DNA from: Nitrospirales bacterium
GTDB taxonomy: Bacteria; Nitrospirota; Nitrospiria; Nitrospirales; UBA8639
DNA length: 64,000 bases
Assembly: GCA_963555755.3 (NCBI GenBank)
Contig: OY820905.2
Span: 2,464,001 to 2,528,000 of the forward strand
Direction: 5' to 3'
Below are positions 38,245-47,595 of this stretch, one piece after another (the first letter of the stretch is position 1; every line of letters begins with the position of its first letter). The notes beneath the pieces were generated by a model. The model did not search any database, was not told the origin of the DNA, and saw only the letters and a program-made list of their open reading frames with translations. The translations under genes were made by a program, and so were the position numbers.

Positions 38245-39954
38245 CTATCCCTTCACCACAGATTCCTTAAAACATTTGTCACGGTATGCACGTAATGTTT
38301 CTGATAGTCGCGATTTCAGTTCCAATCGTTTTGGTTTTCCCGTGGCGGTGTACGGGATATCGTCACCGAACAGAATGACTTTGGGACATTTGGCGAATGG
38401 GAGTCGGCTTTGGCAAAACTTCATGATGTCCGATTGAGATGGCGTGCTGGCTCCTTCGTGAATAACCACATATCCGGCTATTTCTTCGCCGTAAAAGCGG
38501 TTTTCGAATGGCACGGCCATCGCGAATTTGACTGAAGGATGTCCCCGGAGGACCTCATCAATTTCCAGCGGAGAGATATTCACCCCTCCTCGAATAATCA
38601 GTTCCTTGATCCTTCCCGAAATAAAGAAAAATGGACGGCCCTGTTGATCCCGCACAAAAAATCCTTCGTCCCCTGAACGGAACCAACCCCATTGAAACGC
38701 GGCCTCGTTTGCATCCGGGCGCTTGAGGTATCCAGAGCAGATCGTTTGGCCTCGAATGCAGATCTCACCTCTTGTTCCTTCCGGGACTGAGTGCCCTTGC
38801 CCATCCAGGATGGCCATTTCATTGTGGTGAATAGGCACGCCAATGGAGGGAAACTCATAGTGGGTCAGCCAATGATGGTGCTCCTCGGCTGATAAGTCAT
38901 TTGGTAAAAAACAGGAGTAACACGTGGTTTCTGACAGTCCATAGCCATGACGAATAGGAACCTGGAAGTGGTTTTCGAAGTGTGTCGCTGTTTCTTTTAA
39001 TAAGGGCCCTGCACCGCAAATCAGTCCGCGAAATCCATTCAATTGAAAAGGTGCATAATCTGTTCCGGATTCGAGTAAGAATTCCAACAGTGTGGGTACC
39101 ACACTGGCACACACCACATGTTCCTCTTGCACTCGTGACCAAAATACACCCGACTTGAATTTTTTGTTGAGGACGGCTTTCCCTCGGAAGTAGAACGGGG
39201 TGATCAGGGTGACGACGATACCATTCACGTGGTGAATCGGGAGGACGCACATGAGACAATCACCTTGCCCAAATCCGTGCCATTGGGTAATGGCGTCGGC
39301 ATCGATGAGAAGATTTTCCATGGTGAGTATGACGCCCTTTGGGGGGCCTGTTGTTCCGGAGGTGTAAATGATGAGCGCTTCATCCTCTATTCGGTCTTTC
39401 CAAGTCGGGGAAATAGGTTTCGCTTGAGATAGGTTCTGGGTTAGTGCACAACGTTGGGGATCATCCAAAACTAAGATGGCTTCCTGAAGGTATGGCAGTT
39501 CATCGATAAATTCCTGAATTTCATCGTAGGCATCACCCCAGCAAAACACGACCGACGCCTCTGAGTGTTCGAGGATATACCGTTTCTTGTCAGCGGATTC
39601 GGCAATGTTGATGGGGACGATAGTGGCACCTAAAGTCCAGACCGCAAAGTAAATCAAAACGGTTTGGTCATGATTGAATAACACCGTGGCAAGACGATCC
39701 CCTCGCTTGATGCTCAGTCGATCACGGAGAACCGAGGCCATTTTTGCTACTGCCTCGCCAAATTCCCCATAGGTGTAGGTTCGGTGGACCAACTGATCAT
39801 CGTCGTGGTAACTCAAAAATGTGTGTTGCGAAAGTTGTAGATCGTGAACTCGTTCGTAGAACAGACCAGAGAAAGAGGAAAAGGGAAACTGGTGAGGTGG
39901 CGTACAACTTTGATGCGCTCCCATGATGCTGTCCTCAATGGTGGTGGAGGTCAT
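38245..39954 (-). CDS. AMP-forming acyl-CoA synthetase / adenylate-forming enzyme
   Basis: YTSGTTGPPKG, GYGLSET, SGDEG, GRIKELIIRGG, TATGKP; start at 39954 coupled (TGATG) to the upstream gene. Confidence 0.9.
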   Translation of the reverse strand: MTSTTIEDSIMGAHQSCTPPHQFPFSSFSGLFYERVHDLQLSQHTFLSYHDDDQLVHRTYTYGEFGEAVAKMASVLRDRLSIKRGDRLATVLFNHDQTVLIYFAVWTLGATIVPINIAESADKKRYILEHSEASVVFCWGDAYDEIQEFIDELPYLQEAILVLDDPQRCALTQNLSQAKPISPTWKDRIEDEALIIYTSGTTGPPKGVILTMENLLIDADAITQWHGFGQGDCLMCVLPIHHVNGIVVTLITPFYFRGKAVLNKKFKSGVFWSRVQEEHVVCASVVPTLLEFLLESGTDYAPFQLNGFRGLICGAGPLLKETATHFENHFQVPIRHGYGLSETTCYSCFLPNDLSAEEHHHWLTHYEFPSIGVPIHHNEMAILDGQGHSVPEGTRGEICIRGQTICSGYLKRPDANEAAFQWGWFRSGDEGFFVRDQQGRPFFFISGRIKELIIRGGVNISPLEIDEVLRGHPSVKFAMAVPFENRFYGEEIAGYVVIHEGASTPSQSDIMKFCQSRLPFAKCPKVILFGDDIPYTATGKPKRLELKSRLSETLRAYRDKCFKESVVKG

Positions 39955-40718
39955 CACGCTCCCCCTCCAGTTGTAACGCCCATTTGAGTGGGAGAGGAAT
40001 TGCCGATTATCGTTTCCCGATTCCGTTCCAATCCCATCCAAAACCCTTCGAGATAATCCAACACTTTTTTGACTCCATGGGAAAAGTTGGTTTCCTCGTC
40101 GGCTGATAAGGCTCCATGAGAAGACGAGTGGTCTTCCATAGCGGAAACAGCTTTCTCCATGGCATCCTCGTGTGTCGATTCCAGTTCCCGATGAAAGGTG
40201 AAATATTCCATGTCCATATGAGGGTGCCGGGAGCGTTTGAGCACCAGCAGCCCGGGAAGCAAATGATCCCACATCGTAATGGCCATGTTTTCCAAACCGA
40301 ACGATGCGCCTAAGGCCTGTTCGTGGTTGCCGCTGCTGTACAGCATTTCCATTCCTTCGATGTAGGCTTTGGTCGATGGCATCATGGGTCGGGTGAGGGC
40401 TTCTTGGATGGAAATGCCGACTGACGTGAGAAACCTTCGATACAACAGCTCATGGCGATGTTCCGGTTTCCCATCGCCTAATTCGGAATAGAGCACTCGG
40501 GTGAGTTCTTCGGCAATGGATTCGTCCTCCGTGTTGACTAGTTGCGAAACGAGGATTTTGGGGAAAAACCGAGCGAAGCTATAAAACTCGATGGCAAAGT
40601 CTTGAAGTTCAGGATCGGATAATTCGCCCGTTTGGAAACGAATCAGGTACGGATTATTAATGGCTCCATGTTTAAGGACGAAGTTCCGCTTGTCCTGGTA
40701 AAGAACTGACATAGTCAC
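39954..40718 (-). CDS. Heme-oxygenase-like diiron (HDO; CADD/PqqC/TenA-fold) enzyme
   Basis: Putative ligand pattern SELG...HRH, GLE, YFTFHRELESTH; GGAGG RBS; first gene of the leftward operon. Confidence 0.8.
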   Translation of the reverse strand: MTMSVLYQDKRNFVLKHGAINNPYLIRFQTGELSDPELQDFAIEFYSFARFFPKILVSQLVNTEDESIAEELTRVLYSELGDGKPEHRHELLYRRFLTSVGISIQEALTRPMMPSTKAYIEGMEMLYSSGNHEQALGASFGLENMAITMWDHLLPGLLVLKRSRHPHMDMEYFTFHRELESTHEDAMEKAVSAMEDHSSSHGALSADEETNFSHGVKKVLDYLEGFWMGLERNRETIIGNSSPTQMGVTTGGGA

Positions 40719-40859
40719 CTCCTCGGTCCTGAAAAGATCCTTCTTTATTGGCTACTTTTTTGAGGGGCCTTCTTGCCTTGCCAAGAAAGCCCCTGAGAGC
40801 CACTTTGGTTCCAGGATGTCTTGAAAACTCGCCAAATTGGTATCCCTCACCCTAGGCCT

Positions 40860-41060
40860 TGCCATTATTTATAATTTCGGTTTTATTATATTAATAATAA
40901 AATTTAATTATCCTATCATTTTTTTCAATATAACGATCAATTATGCTATGTTTTATGACGTATATGCTTATTGTAAATAATTACTCTAAATTTAATGATT
41001 GCAATACCCGATAAAAAATAATAAACTTTTATTATTAATTATAATATATTATTATCATGA
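40860..41060. promoter_or_regulatory. Very AT-rich divergent control region with near-palindromes
   Basis: Between divergent operons; e.g. TTTTATTATATTAATAATAAAA at ~40881-40902. Confidence 0.6.
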
Positions 41061-41242
41061 GAGTCTACCAGTCGCAACAGTTTTTTTCTATGACAGATGG
41101 GTGAGGAATCGCCCGATACGGAAAGATAGGTGCCTCTACCCAAGGCAACCTAATCATGGATTGCACCAAACGTTCGGCAAAGGAAAAACAACACCCAGTG
41201 TGGAATGAGTTACGACAGAACACATAATGAGGAGGTAGGCGT

Positions 41243-41815
41243 ATGGCAGGCACACTCGGCATTGATCACATAACGCTTTGCGTCCCTGATCTTGGGGCGG
41301 CGGAGTTCCTATTCAATCAGGTGCTCGGGTTTCACACTATTTGGTCTGCTCAGGATGTAGGGACGGAAAAATCCAGCATGGATACTATTGTGGTCCAACG
41401 GGATAGCATCAAAGTCGCGTTGATGCAGGGCAATGACAAACAAGAAAAGTCACAAATCACAGACTTTGTTGAACGATATGGTCCGGGGGTTCAGCATGTG
41501 GCCATCGAAGTCGATGATATCGAGGCTGTGTCCAATGAGTGGGAGGACCAAGGGGTGAAATTTTCTGGGCCAATCAAGGAGGGGAAAGATGGTTTTGGGC
41601 CCCTGAGACAACGATTTACTTGTCCCCTCTTTCCCGGCAGTGGAGTGTTTTTTGAACTCACTCAACGTCAACATGGGGAAGAAACATCGCGGACGTTTGT
41701 CAAAGGAACCGTGGAGTCCTTGTATCGTGACATCGAAAAGCAACAATCAGCCGGAGTTGGAGATACCATCATTGACTATAGTCGCCAGCATCAATGCGTG
41801 GATAATGAGAAATAG
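41243..41815 (+). CDS. VOC-family protein resembling the C-terminal catalytic half of 4-hydroxyphenylpyruvate dioxygenase
   Basis: GIDH, SQITDFVERYGPGVQHVA, VFFELTQR, VESLYRDIEKQQ; upstream of hmgA. Confidence 0.75.
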   Translation: MAGTLGIDHITLCVPDLGAAEFLFNQVLGFHTIWSAQDVGTEKSSMDTIVVQRDSIKVALMQGNDKQEKSQITDFVERYGPGVQHVAIEVDDIEAVSNEWEDQGVKFSGPIKEGKDGFGPLRQRFTCPLFPGSGVFFELTQRQHGEETSRTFVKGTVESLYRDIEKQQSAGVGDTIIDYSRQHQCVDNEK

Positions 41816-41830
41816 GACCAGGAGAGGACT

Positions 41831-42967
41831 ATGTACCTTGTAAAACGGGGTTCCCCCCCGAATCAAGCTCATGTTGATATTCCTGATGGACTTCATGAGG
41901 AAGAACATGGCCGGATGGGGTTTACGGGTCGGGTGTCTCATCTGTACCGGTCCCATCCTCCAACCAATTGGATCCGAATTGATGGTCCCTGCCGCCCACG
42001 AGCCTTTTCATGCAGCGAACTTCTAACTCCCGATCTTCGCTCGGACGATGATCGTCCCTTGGAGATCCTCCGAAGTTCCGATGTCCGGGTTTTCATTTCC
42101 CGTCGAGCCCACACCATGCCCTTTTGGTTTCGCAATGCGGATGGAGACGAGCTGCATTTTATCCATAAAGGTCACGGTGGGTATGAAACCGATTATGGCT
42201 ATCTTTCCTATGGACCAGGTGATTACATCTTACTGCCTAAAGGAACCACGTATCGCATTGTGGTCGAAGAAGGCCCAGGCCTTTCGCTGATTGTTGAAAC
42301 GCCCGATCCCATTTCCCTTCCGGAGCGAGGCCTGCTTGGGCAACATGCCTTGTTTGATCCAGGAGTGCTCACTGTTCCTGAACCCTTCGCCACTAGCCAA
42401 ACCCAAGATGAATACGAGGTCAGAATTAAACGCGATGGCACGTATACCCGGGTCTTTTACGCTTTTAATCCTTTGGACGTCGTGGCGTGGAAAGGTGATT
42501 TGTGGCCCACCAAACTCAACATCAAAGATTTTCGGCCCGTCACCAGTCCAGGGTATCACCTTCCTCCCAGCGTTCATGCGACATTTCAGGCTGGCGGCCA
42601 CGCTGCTGGCCAAACTGCTGGCCAAGCTGCTGGAATGATCATTTCCACCTTTGCGCCAAGGCCACTGGAAACTGATCCTCTAGCGTTAAAAGTTCCTTTT
42701 TATCATCGGAATATCGATTACGATGAAGTGTTGTTTTATCACGAGGGAGACTTTTTTAGTCGATCCGGGATTAAGCCAGGAGCACTCACCCTCCATCCCC
42801 AGGGCATTCATCATGGGCCGCATCCTGCCGCCGTGGCTGCGAGCAAAACGAAGACACACACCAATGAAGTCGCGGTGATGGTGGAATCACGCCACCCATT
42901 TCAAGTGCTTCTTGAAGCGGAAACCGTTGAACTCAAAGATTACCCTCTAAGCTGGAGCCAGCCATGA
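41831..42967 (+). CDS. hmgA: Homogentisate 1,2-dioxygenase
   Basis: EEEHGRMGF, RNADGDE, PLDVVAWKG, HLPPSVH, PFYHRNIDYDEVLFYH, HPQGIHHGP. Confidence 0.92.
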   Translation: MYLVKRGSPPNQAHVDIPDGLHEEEHGRMGFTGRVSHLYRSHPPTNWIRIDGPCRPRAFSCSELLTPDLRSDDDRPLEILRSSDVRVFISRRAHTMPFWFRNADGDELHFIHKGHGGYETDYGYLSYGPGDYILLPKGTTYRIVVEEGPGLSLIVETPDPISLPERGLLGQHALFDPGVLTVPEPFATSQTQDEYEVRIKRDGTYTRVFYAFNPLDVVAWKGDLWPTKLNIKDFRPVTSPGYHLPPSVHATFQAGGHAAGQTAGQAAGMIISTFAPRPLETDPLALKVPFYHRNIDYDEVLFYHEGDFFSRSGIKPGALTLHPQGIHHGPHPAAVAASKTKTHTNEVAVMVESRHPFQVLLEAETVELKDYPLSWSQP

Positions 42968-43950
42968 AACTTGTCACCTTCCAAGTATCCACATCAGTCG
43001 GAAAGTTTGCCCGTGTTGGAGCGTGCTTCAATGACACCATTGTCGATTTAAACATGGCGTATACGCGCATGCTGTCCGATCAAAAAGAAGCTCAATCGTA
43101 CCGAATGGCCCAAGCTGGAGTCCCCTCCACCATGATGGAATTGCTGGAGGGAGGACATTCGGCAATGGATCGAGCACGCACGGCTTTTCGGTATGTCACC
43201 GGAGAAGGCGAAGCCCGGCAGGGGCCGGAGGGTGAAACGATTGTCTATCCGGTTCAAACTATCCGGCTGTTAGCTCCACTTAATCATGTGCCGATGCTCC
43301 GCGATTTCATTGCCTTTGAAGATCACATCGCGGCGACCTCAAAACGACGTGGCCAGCCTATCCCTCCCGAGTGGTATACCGCCCCGGTGTACTACAAAGG
43401 CAACCCGCACACCATCCTTGGCCCTGATGAGGAACTTCCATGGCCACTCAATACGGAAAAATTGGATTATGAGCTGGAGTTAGCCTGTGTGATCGGCCGA
43501 ACCGGCAGGGATATTCCAAAAGACGAAGCAGATCAGTATATCGCGGGGTACACCATCATGAACGATTTCAGCGCCCGCGATGTCCAATTTCAAGAAATGG
43601 CCTGTCGGTTAGGACCGGCGAAGGGAAAAGATTTTGGCACGGTCTTGGGGCCATGCCTCATCACCCCTGATGAAATCCCCAATATCAACGACCTCACCAT
43701 GATCGCACGGATCAATGGAGAAGTGTGGTCCGAGGGAAAATTTGGAAGCATCCATTGGTCATTCTCGCAGATGATTCAACATGTCTCGCGAGGCGAGACC
43801 ATATATCCGGGAGAGGTGTTTGGTTCTGGAACCGTCGGTGGAGGCTGTGGGCTGGAATTGAATCAATTCTTGAAACCTGGAGATCTTGTCGAGTTGGAGA
43901 TTCAACCAATTGGAATATTGCGAACTCCGGTGGCTATTGAAAAGACGTGA
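42964..43950 (+). CDS. fahA: Fumarylacetoacetate hydrolase family protein
   Basis: RDFIAFEDH, LDYELELA, NDFSARDVQ, KGKDF, GSGTVG. Confidence 0.88.
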   Translation: MKLVTFQVSTSVGKFARVGACFNDTIVDLNMAYTRMLSDQKEAQSYRMAQAGVPSTMMELLEGGHSAMDRARTAFRYVTGEGEARQGPEGETIVYPVQTIRLLAPLNHVPMLRDFIAFEDHIAATSKRRGQPIPPEWYTAPVYYKGNPHTILGPDEELPWPLNTEKLDYELELACVIGRTGRDIPKDEADQYIAGYTIMNDFSARDVQFQEMACRLGPAKGKDFGTVLGPCLITPDEIPNINDLTMIARINGEVWSEGKFGSIHWSFSQMIQHVSRGETIYPGEVFGSGTVGGGCGLELNQFLKPGDLVELEIQPIGILRTPVAIEKT

Positions 43951-44021
43951 TGCGTAATGCGTGAGACCTAATGCGTAACAAATCTTTATTTTTCGCTTCA
44001 CGCATTACGCTTCACGCTTCA
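43946..44021. repeat. Inverted heptamer cassette providing the fahA stop
   Basis: CGTGATGCGTAATGCGTGAG ... CTTCACGCATTACGCTTCACGCTTCAC. Confidence 0.85.
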
Positions 44022-44037
44022 CCGCCAAAAGGAGACC

Positions 44038-44805
44038 ATGAACGCCTTGGCTTCCCATGAAAAGAGACTGGCTCAAGTCATCGACGATCATCGATTACTG
44101 TATGCTGACCCCACGGTCGAGACGAAGCTCCGACAGCTGATTGATGTATCACCTCATTCTTTTTTAACCGAGAGTGAGCTGCTCGAGCTGTTTCGCCGGA
44201 CACAATCAATCTTTTTCAACACCCATCTCGAAGTTGCTTCTGGTCACCATACAGGTACGTATCTTCGGTTTGAATCGATTGCTCATTTTCCTGACCGGAT
44301 CGACATCATTGTGCAGGACATGGCCAATTGGGTGTCCAAGTTAGACAAGGATCAGAAAGTCCATGGCATCATGGTGCCCAATTCTGATGCGAGATTGTTG
44401 GCGGAAGGAATTGCAAACAGACTGAAAAAACAAGTTCCTCTACGTGTTGTCCCAGCCCCCTTTGATCCCACAACTGGAAGAATTGGGACCGATGTGCCAC
44501 CTGAAAAAATTCAAAAAGGTGAGCACTTCATCGCATTCAATGATGTCACCGCTCGTGGCAACTGCGTCAACAAGCTTGGCCAAATTGTCACCGATCGTGG
44601 GGGGACAGTCGTGGGCATGATGGTCTTCGCGAGACGAGACAGCGGTCAGTTTCCTTTCATGGATGAGCTTGCAGCTCAGTACCCCTTTTATTATAGCGTC
44701 GGTTTAGACATGCCTCAGTGGAAACAATCAGAATGCTCGTTGTGTCGCCTCGGTGAAGAATTGTTGAGTTGGCGTGATATGCCGTTGTTAAGACGTGAAG
44801 CGTAA
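44038..44805 (+). CDS. Type I phosphoribosyltransferase-fold protein (PyrE-like, atypical PRPP loop)
   Basis: HLEVASGHHTGTY, FIAFNDVTARGNC, C-terminal ECSLC. Confidence 0.7.
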   Translation: MNALASHEKRLAQVIDDHRLLYADPTVETKLRQLIDVSPHSFLTESELLELFRRTQSIFFNTHLEVASGHHTGTYLRFESIAHFPDRIDIIVQDMANWVSKLDKDQKVHGIMVPNSDARLLAEGIANRLKKQVPLRVVPAPFDPTTGRIGTDVPPEKIQKGEHFIAFNDVTARGNCVNKLGQIVTDRGGTVVGMMVFARRDSGQFPFMDELAAQYPFYYSVGLDMPQWKQSECSLCRLGEELLSWRDMPLLRREA

Positions 44806-44862
44806 GGCGTGAAGCGTTAAGATTAAGGAGAAGGTCTTTTCTTCTACGCATTACGGATCACG
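44794..44862. repeat. Inverted heptamer cassette providing the PRTase stop
   Basis: CGTGAAGCGTAAGGCGTGAAGCGTTAA ... TACGCATTACGGATCACG. Confidence 0.8.
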
Positions 44863-44924
44863 AGATAGAGGAGTACTCCAGCCATGAGCCTGACGACAAA
44901 CGGATCTCATCAAGAATTGAGATC

Positions 44925-45704
44925 TTACTGGTCCTGGAAATTGGGCTGGCGTTTTTCTAAGAAGGCATTGATGCCTTCTTTGGCATCCTTCGTTTCAAAC
45001 AACTCGCCAAAGAGCTCGGCTTCCTGGGCTAATCCTTCAGCCAGTGGATTGTCTTGTGCCGCACGAAGGGCACGCAATACGGCTCGAAGGGCCAGGCGCG
45101 CTTTTTGTGCGAGTCGTGCGGCGAATTCCTGTGTGCGAGGCAAGAGATCGGCCTCAGACCACACTGCATTCACTAAGCCACAACGTTGGGCCTCATCGGC
45201 GGAAATCAGTGACCCGGTCAAAAGTATTTCCGTGGCTTTTGACAGCCCAATGAGTTTGGGCAGGCGTTGGGTGCCCCCCCATCCAGGAATCAAACCGAGA
45301 TTGACTTCGGGAAGACCAAACGAGGACGCAGGCGAGGCGAAACGAAGATGACAGGCCAGAGCCAATTCTATGCCGCCTCCAAGACACGATCCATTGATCG
45401 CAGCGAGAACGGGTTTGTCCAGTTGTTCAATCCGATTCAGCAGGGCTTGACCATGAAGCGACACATCTTTTGCTTGTTGAGGGGTGTCGATGTGTTGCAG
45501 TTCTTTGAGGTCCGCTCCTGGACAGAAAAACCGGCCGGATGAGGTAATAACCATGACTTTGATGGAAGAATCTGTTGCCAATCGGTCGACAAGCCGACCC
45601 AATTCAACCAAAACCCGTGTGCTCAAAAGATTAACGGGAGGATTATTGAATGTGATCGTGGCGACACGATCGACAACGGAAAGCACAAGAAGCTCGTTCG
45701 ACAT
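44925..45704 (-). CDS. Enoyl-CoA hydratase (crotonase)
   Basis: FCPGADL, CLGGGIELALACH, PEVNLGLIPGWGGTQRLP. Confidence 0.92.
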   Translation of the reverse strand: MSNELLVLSVVDRVATITFNNPPVNLLSTRVLVELGRLVDRLATDSSIKVMVITSSGRFFCPGADLKELQHIDTPQQAKDVSLHGQALLNRIEQLDKPVLAAINGSCLGGGIELALACHLRFASPASSFGLPEVNLGLIPGWGGTQRLPKLIGLSKATEILLTGSLISADEAQRCGLVNAVWSEADLLPRTQEFAARLAQKARLALRAVLRALRAAQDNPLAEGLAQEAELFGELFETKDAKEGINAFLEKRQPNFQDQ

Positions 45705-45901
45705 TGACGCACCTATTCCTTCGGAGTTGATGTCGTGGATACTGGTTCGTGAGAGGGATGAGTGAGTGGTTCATGGGAGCAATGGGTTAAGAGTAATGGG
45801 TAATGGGTAAAAAAACAATCGTGATTCGTCATGCGCAAAGCGTAAGAAAAAGAGGGTTTTTATGCCTCACGCCTTACGAATCACGAAAAAAGAGGTTCTC
45901 A

Positions 45902-47317
45902 GTGAGCGAAGCATCTAACGGGTTGCTAACCAAAACTTTGGCGGCGTATGCCCATCGGCTGTCATTCAACAAGCTCCCAAGGGAGGTGGTCCATGAAGTG
46001 AAACGCCGGATCGTGGATAGTTTGGGCTGTGCCTATGGAGCGATGTCTGCGCCTCCCTGTCGAATGGCAAGGAGCTTAGCAGAAGCCGTGCCGCTGCCGA
46101 AGGGGGTGTCCGTGTGGGGAACTGAGGTTCGGACCACCCCCGAGTTAGCTACCTTCGCAAATGGGACTTTGGTTCGGTATTTGGATTGCAACGATACGTA
46201 CCTTTCGAAAGAACCTGCCCATCCCTCCGACAATATTCCAGCCTGCCTGGCCGTGGGAGAAATGTGTCATGCCTCGGGCCGATCCGTCATCGTGGCTATG
46301 GCCATTGCCTATGAACTCCAATGTCGGCTGTGTGATGCCGCCGCACTCCGGCCGCTTGGTTGGGATCATGTGACCTATGGAGCATTTTCCACCGCGTTGG
46401 CCGCGGCCAAGTTGTTGAAGCTGTCGCCAGAAGCCATGGCACAGGCACTCAGCATTGCAGGAGTCACCTCCGGGGCACTTCGGCAAACCCGCGTGGGAGA
46501 AGTGTCGTTGTGGAAAGCCTGTGCGTTTGCTAATGCAGCCAGGAACGGGGTATTTGCCACGCTGGCTGCTCGACGAGGCATGACAGGCCCGTTAGACGTA
46601 TTCGAAGGCGAGAAAGGATTTATGCGCGTCATTTCCGGCCCCTTGTCGCTACCAACATTAGGCGGCGAGCGAGGAGCCTCGTTTAAAATTTTGGACACCT
46701 ATATTAAGCCGTATCCCGTGGAATATCACGCGCAATCGGCAGTCGAAGCGGCGATGAAAATCCGGCACATGATCGTAGAGGCTGAAGGGCATTGTGACAT
46801 GTCTCAGATTAAGAACATTGTCGTCGAAAGCTTTGACGTCGCTATAGAGATTATCGGGCGGGATCCAGAAAAGTGGCGTCCCAAAACGAGAGAAACCGCT
46901 GATCATAGTCTTCCCTATTGCGTGGCTGTGGCGTTGAGTGATGGCCGGATCACGCCTCATTCGTTTTCGTCGAAACGACTCAACGATACAGCACTTCGTG
47001 CGCTGGTGAAAAAGGTAAAGGTCGTTGAACAGCCTGACTTCACGGCTTGGTATCCAGAGGCGATGCCAAATCGACTTCGAGTCACCACCACGCAAGGGAA
47101 AGACTACATGGCCCAGGTGGATCACCCCTTGGGGCATCCCAAACGGCCAATGTCTGACAGTGAAGTGGAAACGAAGTTCCATCAATTTGCTGACCAAAAA
47201 ATTGGGGCCTATCAAGCGAACCGCCTCATTGAGCGGGTCTGGGATCTTGAACACATCACTGATGTGTCCATGCTCATACGGACGTTTCCAGTTGTGGGGA
47301 ATATGAGGGTGGCGTGA
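45902..47317 (+). CDS. prpD: 2-methylcitrate dehydratase (MmgE/PrpD)
   Basis: VRYLDCNDTY, HPSDN, GWDH, SLWK, ETADHSLPY, GHP; start set at GTG 45902 (the upstream extension is a heptamer cassette, 45820-45885). Confidence 0.92.
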   Translation: MSEASNGLLTKTLAAYAHRLSFNKLPREVVHEVKRRIVDSLGCAYGAMSAPPCRMARSLAEAVPLPKGVSVWGTEVRTTPELATFANGTLVRYLDCNDTYLSKEPAHPSDNIPACLAVGEMCHASGRSVIVAMAIAYELQCRLCDAAALRPLGWDHVTYGAFSTALAAAKLLKLSPEAMAQALSIAGVTSGALRQTRVGEVSLWKACAFANAARNGVFATLAARRGMTGPLDVFEGEKGFMRVISGPLSLPTLGGERGASFKILDTYIKPYPVEYHAQSAVEAAMKIRHMIVEAEGHCDMSQIKNIVVESFDVAIEIIGRDPEKWRPKTRETADHSLPYCVAVALSDGRITPHSFSSKRLNDTALRALVKKVKVVEQPDFTAWYPEAMPNRLRVTTTQGKDYMAQVDHPLGHPKRPMSDSEVETKFHQFADQKIGAYQANRLIERVWDLEHITDVSMLIRTFPVVGNMRVA

Positions 47318-47329
47318 TTAACAGTGACG

Positions 47330-47549
47330 GGGAATGTTGAAAAAGGGCGCCAGCTGCGTTCTCGGCACTTTGTCGAACCTTCGAGCTCACAGACTTGCCG
47401 CTCTTCGCGGCGTTCGCGCTCACGTACTATGAGTACGCTCCGCGCGCCAAGCCTACTCCGCCGAAGTGGCTACGAAGGCCGGGAGTGCCTGCGGCTTTGC
47501 TGGACAGACCCTTCGGAAAGACTCAGGGCATGCTTTTTTGAACATTCCC
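47330..47549. mobile_element. MITE family C copy with nested palindromic inserts
   Basis: TIRs GGGAATGTTGAAAAA / TTTTTGAACATTCCC. Confidence 0.8.
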
Positions 47550-47595
47550 CAGCCCTCTGTATGTTTCACCGAATTGTCCAAGGGTAATCAGGAGG

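Noticed and set aside
39955..40272. N-terminal extension of the ligase in the 675-aa track ORF
   Set aside because: Overlaps the HDO gene in another frame; the coupled ATG at 39954 is more plausible
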